Origin: Candidatus Aenigmatarchaeota archaeon
GTDB taxonomy: Archaea; Aenigmatarchaeota; Aenigmatarchaeia; CG10238-14; SCSR01
Assembly: GCA_038999725.1 (NCBI GenBank)
Contig: JAWBWS010000002.1
Span: 1 to 64,000 of the forward strand
Direction: 5' to 3'
DNA: 64,000 nt
Part shown: one piece after another, positions 56,334 through 64,000 of the stretch
How positions within the stretch are numbered: position 1 is the first letter of the stretch
Layout: the number at the start of each line of letters is the position of its first letter
The notes under the pieces: generated by a model
The model's database searches: none
What the model was told of the DNA's origin: nothing
What the model saw: the letters and a program-made list of their open reading frames with translations, nothing else
Program-made: the position numbers and the translations under genes

Positions 56334-57382
56334 GAGAAAAAATAAAAAAAGTAGGAATTTACTTAAGATACTACTTTTCTTACCTTTTAAATCGTCCCTT
56401 AATCTATCCCAAAGAAGTAAATTTTCAAATGACAAACAGGTGCACACTGCAGTGTAAAATGTGCAACATATGGAAATTGCCAAGAGAGAAAGAAGAAATT
56501 AGTGTGGATGAAATGAAAAGAATTTTGAGTGAAGTAAAAAATTGGAAAAATACAAAGTATGTTTCCTTTGTTGGGGGCGAATCTTTGATAAGGATGGAAG
56601 AAACACTTGAGCTAATCGAGTATGCTAATTCCCTCGGGTTCCACACAAACCTTGTGTCAAATGCAACACTCTTGAATGAAGCTATTTGTAAAAGATTGGT
56701 TGAAGTTGGTCTAGATAGAATTGCACTCTCGCTCGATGGAGCGAAAAGGGAAACGCACGATTTCATAAGAGGTAAAGGTAACTTTAACCAAGTGATAAAA
56801 GCTGCAAAAATTTTTCTAAAACTTAAAAAAGATTATCATATAAAAGTTGACTTCACAAGTGTTTTGATGTCTTACAACTTTAGAGAGTTTGTTGATCTTT
56901 ATTGGCTGGGTAAAAAAATTGGTGTTGACCAATGGTTTATTCAGTGTCTTGTATTAGACAATACCTTCCGCAGTTTTGATTACAATTCACCCCTTTGGAT
57001 AAAAGAAGGTCAATTGGAAAAACTGAAAGAAGTGGTGAATAAATTGATAGAGCTTAAAATTAAAGACAAAAACTTTATACACAATTCAATCGACTACCTT
57101 AGGGCAATACCAAAATATTTTGAGTTAAAGAAAAATTTTAAACTTGGAAAATGTATGGCCGGCTACTTCACACTAAACATAGATCCATACGGTAATATCA
57201 ACATATGCAATTTTGGACCCAACATCAACCTCATAGGAAAAGATGTTAATGAAGCTTGGAAAAATGAAAAATTCAAGCGAACTAGAATTTTGATAAAAGA
57301 ATGTAAAAATCCGTGTATGATGCTATGCTATCAAAGATTTAGCTTTCCAGAACTTCTAAGAACATTTCTATCCGGTGATTAA
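56324..57382 (+). CDS. Radical SAM protein 3 (group A)
   Basis: CTLQCKMC, GGES, SLDG; CMAG..C..CKNPCMMLC; start moved to ATG 56324. Confidence 0.93.
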   Translation: MDLREKIKKVGIYLRYYFSYLLNRPLIYPKEVNFQMTNRCTLQCKMCNIWKLPREKEEISVDEMKRILSEVKNWKNTKYVSFVGGESLIRMEETLELIEYANSLGFHTNLVSNATLLNEAICKRLVEVGLDRIALSLDGAKRETHDFIRGKGNFNQVIKAAKIFLKLKKDYHIKVDFTSVLMSYNFREFVDLYWLGKKIGVDQWFIQCLVLDNTFRSFDYNSPLWIKEGQLEKLKEVVNKLIELKIKDKNFIHNSIDYLRAIPKYFELKKNFKLGKCMAGYFTLNIDPYGNINICNFGPNINLIGKDVNEAWKNEKFKRTRILIKECKNPCMMLCYQRFSFPELLRTFLSGD

Positions 57383-58414
57383 GTGAATGATATTTTTGAA
57401 GCAATAACCTTGGGTAAAAAAGTGGAGCCAAAACTTCTAATGCTTTCCCCAACGGATTATTGCAATCTTGCATGTAAAATATGTTGGAGATTAAAAGAGG
57501 ATGCAAAATTCAGCCAACCTTCTTTCAATTTTCTTAAAAAAATTATAAAAGAAGCAAGTGAAATGAAAGTGAAAACCATAGACCTCACAGGTGGTGGCGA
57601 GCCTTTCGTTAGGGGGGATATCCTTAATTTAATGAAGCTTGTGAAAAAACTCGGAATGAAAGGAACTTTAACAACCAACTCTACTTTAATAAAAAAATCC
57701 CACATCAAAAATATAGTCAAAATGAAGTGGGATGAAATAAACCTCTCGCTAGATGGCTCAACACCTGAAATAAATGATTACATAAGAGGTGAGGGTACTT
57801 TTGAAAAAGTTCTAGAAAAAATTAAAACATTTCAAGAAATCAAAAAAAATAACAATAGCTCCAATCCTTTGTTGAGGCTTTGTTTTACCATAACTAGCAC
57901 CAATTTCCAAGATTTGCCGAACTACATAAAATTGGCGAAACATTTGGACATCAAGAACATCAACTTCTCCATTCTTTTTAAATGGGAATCCAATAGGGAA
58001 TTTTGGCTAAAGCAATATGATAAAGAGAAAGTTAATTATATTCTTAGAGAAAGTTCAAGATTGGCAAAGAGTTTAGATATAAAAACAAACTTAGAACCAA
58101 TAAAGATGTTTGGTATTTGGAAACACGAGCCGCCTAAATTTTGCTTTGCACCTTGGTACATGCTCTTCATAAATGCAAGTAGGGAGGCTATGGCATGCTG
58201 CACTCTTGCTTCTTTGTATCAAAATAAGTTGGGAAAAGTAAATAGTTTGGAAGAAGTTTGGTTCAGTAGAAAAATGGAAATGTTGAGAGAAAGGATGAAA
58301 AAAAGAATTTTCTTTAAAGAGTGTAAAAGATGTTTACCTGAATTTACTCAAATGTTTAACCAAATGTATGGTGAGATGAAAAGATGGAGCTTGAAGAAAT
58401 CAAAAGAAGGTTAG
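57383..58414 (+). CDS. Radical SAM/SPASM-Twitch protein 4 (group B)
   Basis: CNLACKIC, GGGEP, SLDG; CFAPW..CC..CKRC. Confidence 0.93.
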   Translation: MNDIFEAITLGKKVEPKLLMLSPTDYCNLACKICWRLKEDAKFSQPSFNFLKKIIKEASEMKVKTIDLTGGGEPFVRGDILNLMKLVKKLGMKGTLTTNSTLIKKSHIKNIVKMKWDEINLSLDGSTPEINDYIRGEGTFEKVLEKIKTFQEIKKNNNSSNPLLRLCFTITSTNFQDLPNYIKLAKHLDIKNINFSILFKWESNREFWLKQYDKEKVNYILRESSRLAKSLDIKTNLEPIKMFGIWKHEPPKFCFAPWYMLFINASREAMACCTLASLYQNKLGKVNSLEEVWFSRKMEMLRERMKKRIFFKECKRCLPEFTQMFNQMYGEMKRWSLKKSKEG

Positions 58415-59475
58415 AACTCTGGGCTGATGGAAAAAAAGCAGGACCTGTTAGAATGGAGCTTCATCCTACCGATGCTTGTAATTTGAGTTGTATTTTTTGT
58501 TGGAGAAGAAAATCTGAAGGATTAAGAAAAAAAGAACTTCCTGAATCCAAACTGCTACAAATAGTCAGAGAAGCTGCAAAATTGGGAGTTAAAGAGTGGG
58601 TGGTATCTGGAGGGGGTGAGCCTCTAGTTAGGAAGGAAGTTACTTTAAAGATTTTGGGTGAGATTAAAAAACACAATATGTGGGGGTTATTGACAACAAA
58701 TGGAACCTTACTTACAAAAAGGGATTCAGAGTTTTTAATTAGGATTGGTTGGGACCAAGTCCAATTCAGTATAGACGGTCCGAATAAAAAGTTGAACGAC
58801 TTCCTCAGACCGCCAAACTCATTTGAAAGAATAATAAAAGCGATAAAAACATTGAGAAAAGTGAGAGATTCTAAAAGTTCAAAGAAGCCATACATTGGCT
58901 TCAACACAATCCTAAACAATAGGAATTTTGACAAAATAGATGAGATGATTGAGTTGGCTTATGAAGTTGGGGCAGAACTTGTGTTCTTCGAGCCTATCTA
59001 TCCAGGATATTCAGAAGTAGAGTTGGGAATTTCTAAGAAAGAAACAAAAAAGCTGGTTAAATCTGTGAAAAGAGGGGGAAGGGTTGCCAAGAAGCTTGGT
59101 ATTGATACAAATGTTAAAGACTTTTTAGAAGTTCATTTAGCAGACAAATCAAATTTGAGAGAAAAAATTATCAAAGAAGTTGAAGGGTTAAATGGGTTTA
59201 AAGGAGCACCTTGCTTCAGGCCTTGGTATTTGATGGGGATAAAGGCCTCGGGATTTGCTGGATGTTGCTCAACATTCGAAAGGGGTGAGTTTATTCAAGG
59301 TAAATGTTTAGAAGAAGTTTGGTTTGGGAAAATTTTTAATAAGTTGAGGGAAGAGATGTGTGAGAAGAAGATACCAGACTATTGTTCAAAGTGTAGTATT
59401 GTTGTTTTGAAAGAGAACAGAATTTTGAGAGAAATGTTGATGGGAAATGGAGGAAAAAATAGAAAGATTGATTAA
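58384..59475 (+). CDS. Radical SAM/SPASM-Twitch protein 5 (group B)
   Basis: CNLSCIFC, GGGEP, TTNG, SIDG; CFRPW..CC..CSKC. Confidence 0.93.
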   Translation: MELEEIKRRLELWADGKKAGPVRMELHPTDACNLSCIFCWRRKSEGLRKKELPESKLLQIVREAAKLGVKEWVVSGGGEPLVRKEVTLKILGEIKKHNMWGLLTTNGTLLTKRDSEFLIRIGWDQVQFSIDGPNKKLNDFLRPPNSFERIIKAIKTLRKVRDSKSSKKPYIGFNTILNNRNFDKIDEMIELAYEVGAELVFFEPIYPGYSEVELGISKKETKKLVKSVKRGGRVAKKLGIDTNVKDFLEVHLADKSNLREKIIKEVEGLNGFKGAPCFRPWYLMGIKASGFAGCCSTFERGEFIQGKCLEEVWFGKIFNKLREEMCEKKIPDYCSKCSIVVLKENRILREMLMGNGGKNRKID

Positions 59476-60526
59476 ATGGTCGAAAGGGGGAAAAGCCCCT
59501 CCATTAACTTTAGAGTTGAATATAACCAACAAATGCAATTTACTTTGTAAAATGTGTTGGTTGAGGTCTACCAACCCAAATTATGATGAAGAAATGAAAG
59601 ATGAAGAACTTGCTCGAATAATTGATGAAGCTATAGAACTGGGTGTGAAAGAGTTCAGATTTCCTGGTAGTGGTGAACCTCTTATGAGAAAAGAAATTCT
59701 CTTCAAGTTGATGAAAAAGATAAAAGAAAGGGGTGGTAATGGTCTTCTTATATCTAATGGCACACTTTTTTCTGAAGAAGATGTGAAAAAAATGATTGAA
59801 ATGAAATGGGATGTTTTAACAATTAGTCTTGATGGTCCATCTCCTGAAATTAACGATTACATAAGAGGTGTTGAAGGAGCTTTTGAAGGGGTGGTGAAAA
59901 CATTGAACTTAATCAAAAAATGGAAAAAGAAGTTAAGAGAAGAATATCCTTGGTTAAGGATGAATGTGGTTTTAACCAATAAAAACTACAATAAACTTGA
60001 AGAAATTGTGATGTTGGCGAGCGAGTTTGGTTTCAAGGAGGTTCTCTTGCAGCCCATGACCATATTTTCTAAAGAAGGGGAAAAATTAAGAATAAAGAAT
60101 GTGGAAAGTATAAGCGATTATTTGAAAGCTGCAGAAAGAAGGGCAAGAGAATTTGACATCAAAACTAATTTTAGCTCCTTCATAAAGAGCATCATAGTTG
60201 AGAGAACGAATGAGATGAAAAAAATGATTAAAGAGGAAATCAGAAAATTTGATGATGAGTTTTTGTGTGTACCTTGCTACGAACCTTTTTACAATCTAGT
60301 AATTATGCCGAATGGAAAAGTTGGGTCGTGTGCAATCTCTGGAGGTAAAACTGAAGTTGATGTGAAAAACAACAGTCTAAAAGAAGTTTGGTTTGGCCCC
60401 TTTTTTGATGAAGTTAGAAAGAATTTGCTAAAGGGAAAATTATTCCCTTTCTGTTCACATTGCTGTGTTCCCATATTCTTAGAAAACAAAAAATTAAGAA
60501 GTGAACTGGCTAAGGTGATTGAATGA
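59447..60526 (+). CDS. Radical SAM/SPASM-Twitch protein 6 (group B)
   Basis: CNLLCKMC, GSGEP, SNG, SLDG; CYEPF..C..CSHCC. Confidence 0.93.
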   Translation: MEEKIERLIKWSKGGKAPPLTLELNITNKCNLLCKMCWLRSTNPNYDEEMKDEELARIIDEAIELGVKEFRFPGSGEPLMRKEILFKLMKKIKERGGNGLLISNGTLFSEEDVKKMIEMKWDVLTISLDGPSPEINDYIRGVEGAFEGVVKTLNLIKKWKKKLREEYPWLRMNVVLTNKNYNKLEEIVMLASEFGFKEVLLQPMTIFSKEGEKLRIKNVESISDYLKAAERRAREFDIKTNFSSFIKSIIVERTNEMKKMIKEEIRKFDDEFLCVPCYEPFYNLVIMPNGKVGSCAISGGKTEVDVKNNSLKEVWFGPFFDEVRKNLLKGKLFPFCSHCCVPIFLENKKLRSELAKVIE

Positions 60527-61656
60527 TTTTTGAAAAAGAAGCAGTGGAAAGGTTACGCATGTGGTTTGAAAACAAGAAGGCCCCTCCATTACATATTGAT
60601 GTGGAACCTACTTCTTCATGCAACCTAAAATGCCTTTTCTGTTGGACAAGGTCAGAAGACAGAGTAAAGAGCTGTCAGTACCAAAGGAAATTAACTAGCA
60701 AAAGACTTTTGGAAATAGTTCGGGAAGCAGCAGCATTTGGTGTGAAAGAATGGGAAATCGCTGGGGGATGGGAACCGATGAGTAAACCAGAAGTTGTTTT
60801 CAAGATGATGATTTTAATAAAAAAATATGGAATGTATGGATCGATAACAACAAATGGAACTTTATTCACCGAGAAGATGATAAAAAAACTTGTGAAAATT
60901 GGTTGGGATAGAATATTGTTCTCCTTGGAAGGTCCAGATGCAGATACACATGACTTCTTAACACAAGTTAAAGGATCTTTTGAAAGGGAAAAGAGAAACA
61001 TAAGCCTATTCAAGAAGTGGAAAGAAAGGCTTGGTGTGAAAAAACCAGCTTACTCCATCCATTCTGTTCTAACAAACAAGAATTATGATAAACTGGAGCA
61101 GATGATTGAGCTTGGATATGAGTTAGGTTGTGAAGGTGTGAATTTCGAGCCTTTGATGATTTGGTCTGAAGAGGGGAAAAAATTGAAATTGAACAAAAGT
61201 CAGAGAGAAGAGCTTGGAATTCATGTTGAAAGAGCATTAAAAAAGGCTAAAGAGCTTGGAATTCATACAAATGTTGTAAATTTGAGAGAAGAAAAGCTGG
61301 TGAACAAGAGAGACATGAGAAAAGTTATTAGGGAGGGTGTAAACATGAGGAGAAAAAACATTCTTGACTCCCCTTGTTTTTCTCCCTGGCTCAACATGGA
61401 AATAAGGGTGAGTGGTAGAGTTACCGCTTGTAGAATTTGTAATGATGAAACTGGTTGTGAAAATATAATGGATAAAAGTTTGGAAGATATTTGGTTTGGT
61501 GAGTATTTTGAAAACTTGAGAAAACAATTCATAAATGGAAATTTACCAAAGTATTGTAAGGATTGTGCAAGTGGCTTGATTGTTGACATGAGAAGATTGA
61601 GAGAGCAACTCATTAAAAAAGTAGGTCCTTTTGGATGTATAAGGAGGATATTTTAG
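60523..61656 (+). CDS. Radical SAM/SPASM-Twitch protein 7 (group B)
   Basis: CNLKCLFC, GGWEP, TTNG, SLEG; CFSPW..CRIC..CKDC. Confidence 0.93.
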   Translation: MIFEKEAVERLRMWFENKKAPPLHIDVEPTSSCNLKCLFCWTRSEDRVKSCQYQRKLTSKRLLEIVREAAAFGVKEWEIAGGWEPMSKPEVVFKMMILIKKYGMYGSITTNGTLFTEKMIKKLVKIGWDRILFSLEGPDADTHDFLTQVKGSFEREKRNISLFKKWKERLGVKKPAYSIHSVLTNKNYDKLEQMIELGYELGCEGVNFEPLMIWSEEGKKLKLNKSQREELGIHVERALKKAKELGIHTNVVNLREEKLVNKRDMRKVIREGVNMRRKNILDSPCFSPWLNMEIRVSGRVTACRICNDETGCENIMDKSLEDIWFGEYFENLRKQFINGNLPKYCKDCASGLIVDMRRLREQLIKKVGPFGCIRRIF

Positions 61657-62847
61657 ATGGATGAGCATGAAGCTGAAAGTTATAGGAGAATATTGAAATG
61701 GTTTAAGGGAAAAAAGCAACCACCCTTCAAAATAGATATAGAGTTACACAGGAGATGTAATTTAAAGTGTTTGTCTTGCTCGAGAAGAGCATCACCAGAC
61801 TATCCAAGGTTGAATGAAATTTCCAAGCAACTTGAGATGCCTCTAGAAAAATGGCTTGAAATAGTTGATGAAGCAGCTGAAATGAAGGTAAGAGAATGGC
61901 ATATTGCTGGTGGTGGTGAACCCATGTTTTTACCTGAGATGACAATCCCCCTGATGAAAAAAATTAAAAATTATGGTATGCTTGGGATAATAACAACAAA
62001 TGGTACAATGTGGAGAAATAAAGACATAGAGGCCACTGTGAAGATGGGTTGGGATAGAATCCATTTCAGTATAGACGGTCCAAATTCAAAAGTACATGAC
62101 TACCTGAGAAATGTCCCAGGCACATTTGAGAGAGTTATGAGAACAATAAAAAAGTTTAATATGCTGAAGAAAAAATACCACACAGACAAACCAATGCTCA
62201 ACATAAACACAGTGCTCTCAAGAAAAAATTATAGGCTTTTACCAGACATTGTAAATCTTGCGAAGAAATGTGGTATAGGGTTCATCTTTGTTGACCCCTT
62301 GATTGTCTACTCTGATATTGGTGAGAAATTGAAAATGAAAAAGAGTGATTTGGAAAAATTTCATCCCTTTCTAAAGAAGGCGAGAGAGTTGGCTGAGAAG
62401 CTTGGAATAGGAAACAATTTCAGTGGTCTTCAGAACAATTTGAATGAAGAGCTTATAGAAAAGAGTAGTAAGATGAACGAAGTTATAGAGAAAGATGTAA
62501 AAAATGTGGAAAATTTAAATGTAAGTAAGTTTCTCAAAAATTTTCTCACAGTTCCATGTTACAAACCATGGTTTCATATCACCATAAAATGTGATGGAAG
62601 AACAACTTCTTGTGATGTCCCTGTCACAGGAGGTGACAATATAAGGAACAAATCTCTGAAAGAAGTTTGGGATGGTCCATATTTTCAATGGTTAAGAAAA
62701 GGCTTGTTATCTGTAAAAATCCCAGAGTTTTGTGCTCAATGTAACGCTAGCCATATAAGCCAAAGAAGAAAAATGAGATTAGAAATTATAAAAATGCTAG
62801 AGCCTCGTGCATTCAATAAGGCGTGTGAAATCTATGGTGCTCTTTGA
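61657..62847 (+). CDS. Radical SAM/SPASM-Twitch protein 8 (group B)
   Basis: CNLKCLSC, GGGEP, TTNG, SIDG; CYKPW..C..CAQC. Confidence 0.93.
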   Translation: MDEHEAESYRRILKWFKGKKQPPFKIDIELHRRCNLKCLSCSRRASPDYPRLNEISKQLEMPLEKWLEIVDEAAEMKVREWHIAGGGEPMFLPEMTIPLMKKIKNYGMLGIITTNGTMWRNKDIEATVKMGWDRIHFSIDGPNSKVHDYLRNVPGTFERVMRTIKKFNMLKKKYHTDKPMLNINTVLSRKNYRLLPDIVNLAKKCGIGFIFVDPLIVYSDIGEKLKMKKSDLEKFHPFLKKARELAEKLGIGNNFSGLQNNLNEELIEKSSKMNEVIEKDVKNVENLNVSKFLKNFLTVPCYKPWFHITIKCDGRTTSCDVPVTGGDNIRNKSLKEVWDGPYFQWLRKGLLSVKIPEFCAQCNASHISQRRKMRLEIIKMLEPRAFNKACEIYGAL

Positions 62848-63991
62848 AACTAGAGTAGAAAGGTTGGTAAAGTGGGTGAGAGGAGAAAAAGCTCCACCCG
62901 TAACTATAGAGCTTGTTCCCACAGATAGATGCAACCTCAATTGCCTAAGTTGCTGGAGGAGAGGTTGGAGTGAAGAGCAGCTTAAGAGGAGGTATGGAGA
63001 AGAGATGGAAGATGAAAGACTTTTGAAACTTGTTGATGAAGCTGCTGAGATGGGGGTAAAAGAAATAGCCTTTGTTGGTGGAGGAGAACCTTTGATGAGG
63101 AATGTAACACTAGAACTCTTCAAAAGGATGAAGAGTTATGGGATGATTGGAGATTTAGTAACTAATGGTACACTTTTCACAAAAAAATCAATAGAACTTT
63201 TAGTGAAAATTGGTTGGGATAGAATAAAGTTTAGCATTGATGGTCCTGACCCTAAAGTTCATGACTACTTAAGACAAACAAAAGGTGCTTTCAAAACTAC
63301 AATAAGAAACATAAAATTGTTTTCTCAAATGAAGAAAAAATACAAGACTGATAAACCAACACTGATCATTCAATCTGTACTTTCTAATGAGAATTATAAA
63401 AAACTTCATGAGTTGGTGAAGCTTGGGCATAAGGTTGGAGCTGATGAGATGGCTTTATTGCCATTAACCATCTTTGACGAATCTATGAGGCATTTAAAAT
63501 TAAATGAGGAGCAGATAAAGGAATTTAAGTTAATACTTCAAAAATCGATTGAATTGCTTGAAACATTCGGTATGAAAAGTAACTATCGAGAATACATGAA
63601 TGAAAAATATATAATCAAGACCGAAAGTATGGATGAAGTAATGATGGAAGAGGTGGAAAAAATGATAAAGAAAGAATATCCTAAGTTCGAAGATCCTATA
63701 GAGAATTTTAAATTTTTGCCTTGTTATGCTCCATGGATTCATGTCACGATACTTCCAAACGGCAATATTGCACCTTGTTTTAGCCCATGGGTGTGGAACA
63801 CGAAAACTTCAATAAAAGATTTTTCTTTAAAAGAGCTTTGGTATGGAGAATATTTTAATAAATTTAGGAAAATAATTTTAAAGAGAAAACTCCCGGAGAA
63901 TTGTAAAAAATGTTGTGTGTGGGAAGTTTTCAACAACAGAAGGCTTAGAGAGGGTATGAAAGAATTGTTGAGGAGGGGCGTCAATGAGTGA
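62834..63991 (+). CDS. Radical SAM/SPASM-Twitch protein 9 (group B)
   Basis: CNLNCLSC, GGGEP, TNG, SIDG; CYAPW..C..CKKCC; start moved to ATG 62834. Confidence 0.93.
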   Translation: MVLFETRVERLVKWVRGEKAPPVTIELVPTDRCNLNCLSCWRRGWSEEQLKRRYGEEMEDERLLKLVDEAAEMGVKEIAFVGGGEPLMRNVTLELFKRMKSYGMIGDLVTNGTLFTKKSIELLVKIGWDRIKFSIDGPDPKVHDYLRQTKGAFKTTIRNIKLFSQMKKKYKTDKPTLIIQSVLSNENYKKLHELVKLGHKVGADEMALLPLTIFDESMRHLKLNEEQIKEFKLILQKSIELLETFGMKSNYREYMNEKYIIKTESMDEVMMEEVEKMIKKEYPKFEDPIENFKFLPCYAPWIHVTILPNGNIAPCFSPWVWNTKTSIKDFSLKELWYGEYFNKFRKIILKRKLPENCKKCCVWEVFNNRRLREGMKELLRRGVNE

Positions 63992-64000
63992 TGAGATAGA
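63984..64000 (+). CDS. Start of next coupled ORF (MSDEI...), truncated by window edge
   Basis: AGGAGGGG SD then ATG 63984 overlapping the previous stop. Confidence 0.5.

Noticed and set aside
2266..63984. Numerous short antisense or nested ORFs in the track (e.g. 2266-2667, 24166-24621, 33123-33866, 58461-58934)
   Set aside because: They lie within well-supported genes and have shadow-frame composition.
54194..63991. RiPP (sactipeptide/ranthipeptide) cluster acting on the Cys-rich protein
   Set aside because: No RRE-sized N-terminal domains, no precursor or peptidase in the operon, the exporter is Wzm/Wzt-type, and the Cys-rich protein appears exported. Not excluded for genes beyond the window edge.

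Overview
AT-rich archaeal chromosomal segment. Gene content (aIF2 alpha/beta, Nop10, TBP, MCM, RFC, RpoL, Dph2, eS26, archaeal pilins) and compact organisation suggest a DPANN archaeon, possibly Aenigmarchaeota-like; this is an inference, not a phylogeny. Layout: 1-1.9 kb decayed accessory DNA; 1.9-12.7 kb housekeeping genes plus a short (~255 nt) type-M-like RNase P RNA, a candidate stand-alone ~80-nt ncRNA and an archease/RtcB/LigD-type polymerase neighbourhood; 12.7-21.8 kb type IV pilus locus (ATPase, two TadC, about eight pilin-like genes); 21.8-33.5 kb information-processing genes; 33.5-45.7 kb cell-surface proteins (Ig-like, 1363-aa LamG/GNVGIGT-repeat protein, Cys-rich repeat protein); 45.7-64 kb glycosylation island. 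The standout is one apparent operon: Wzm-Wzt polysaccharide exporter, a repeat-expanded coiled-coil protein, a GT2, then at least nine tandem paralogous radical SAM enzymes running to the window edge, a candidate radical-SAM glycan-tailoring system. No CRISPR array, tRNA, rRNA or transposase was seen.
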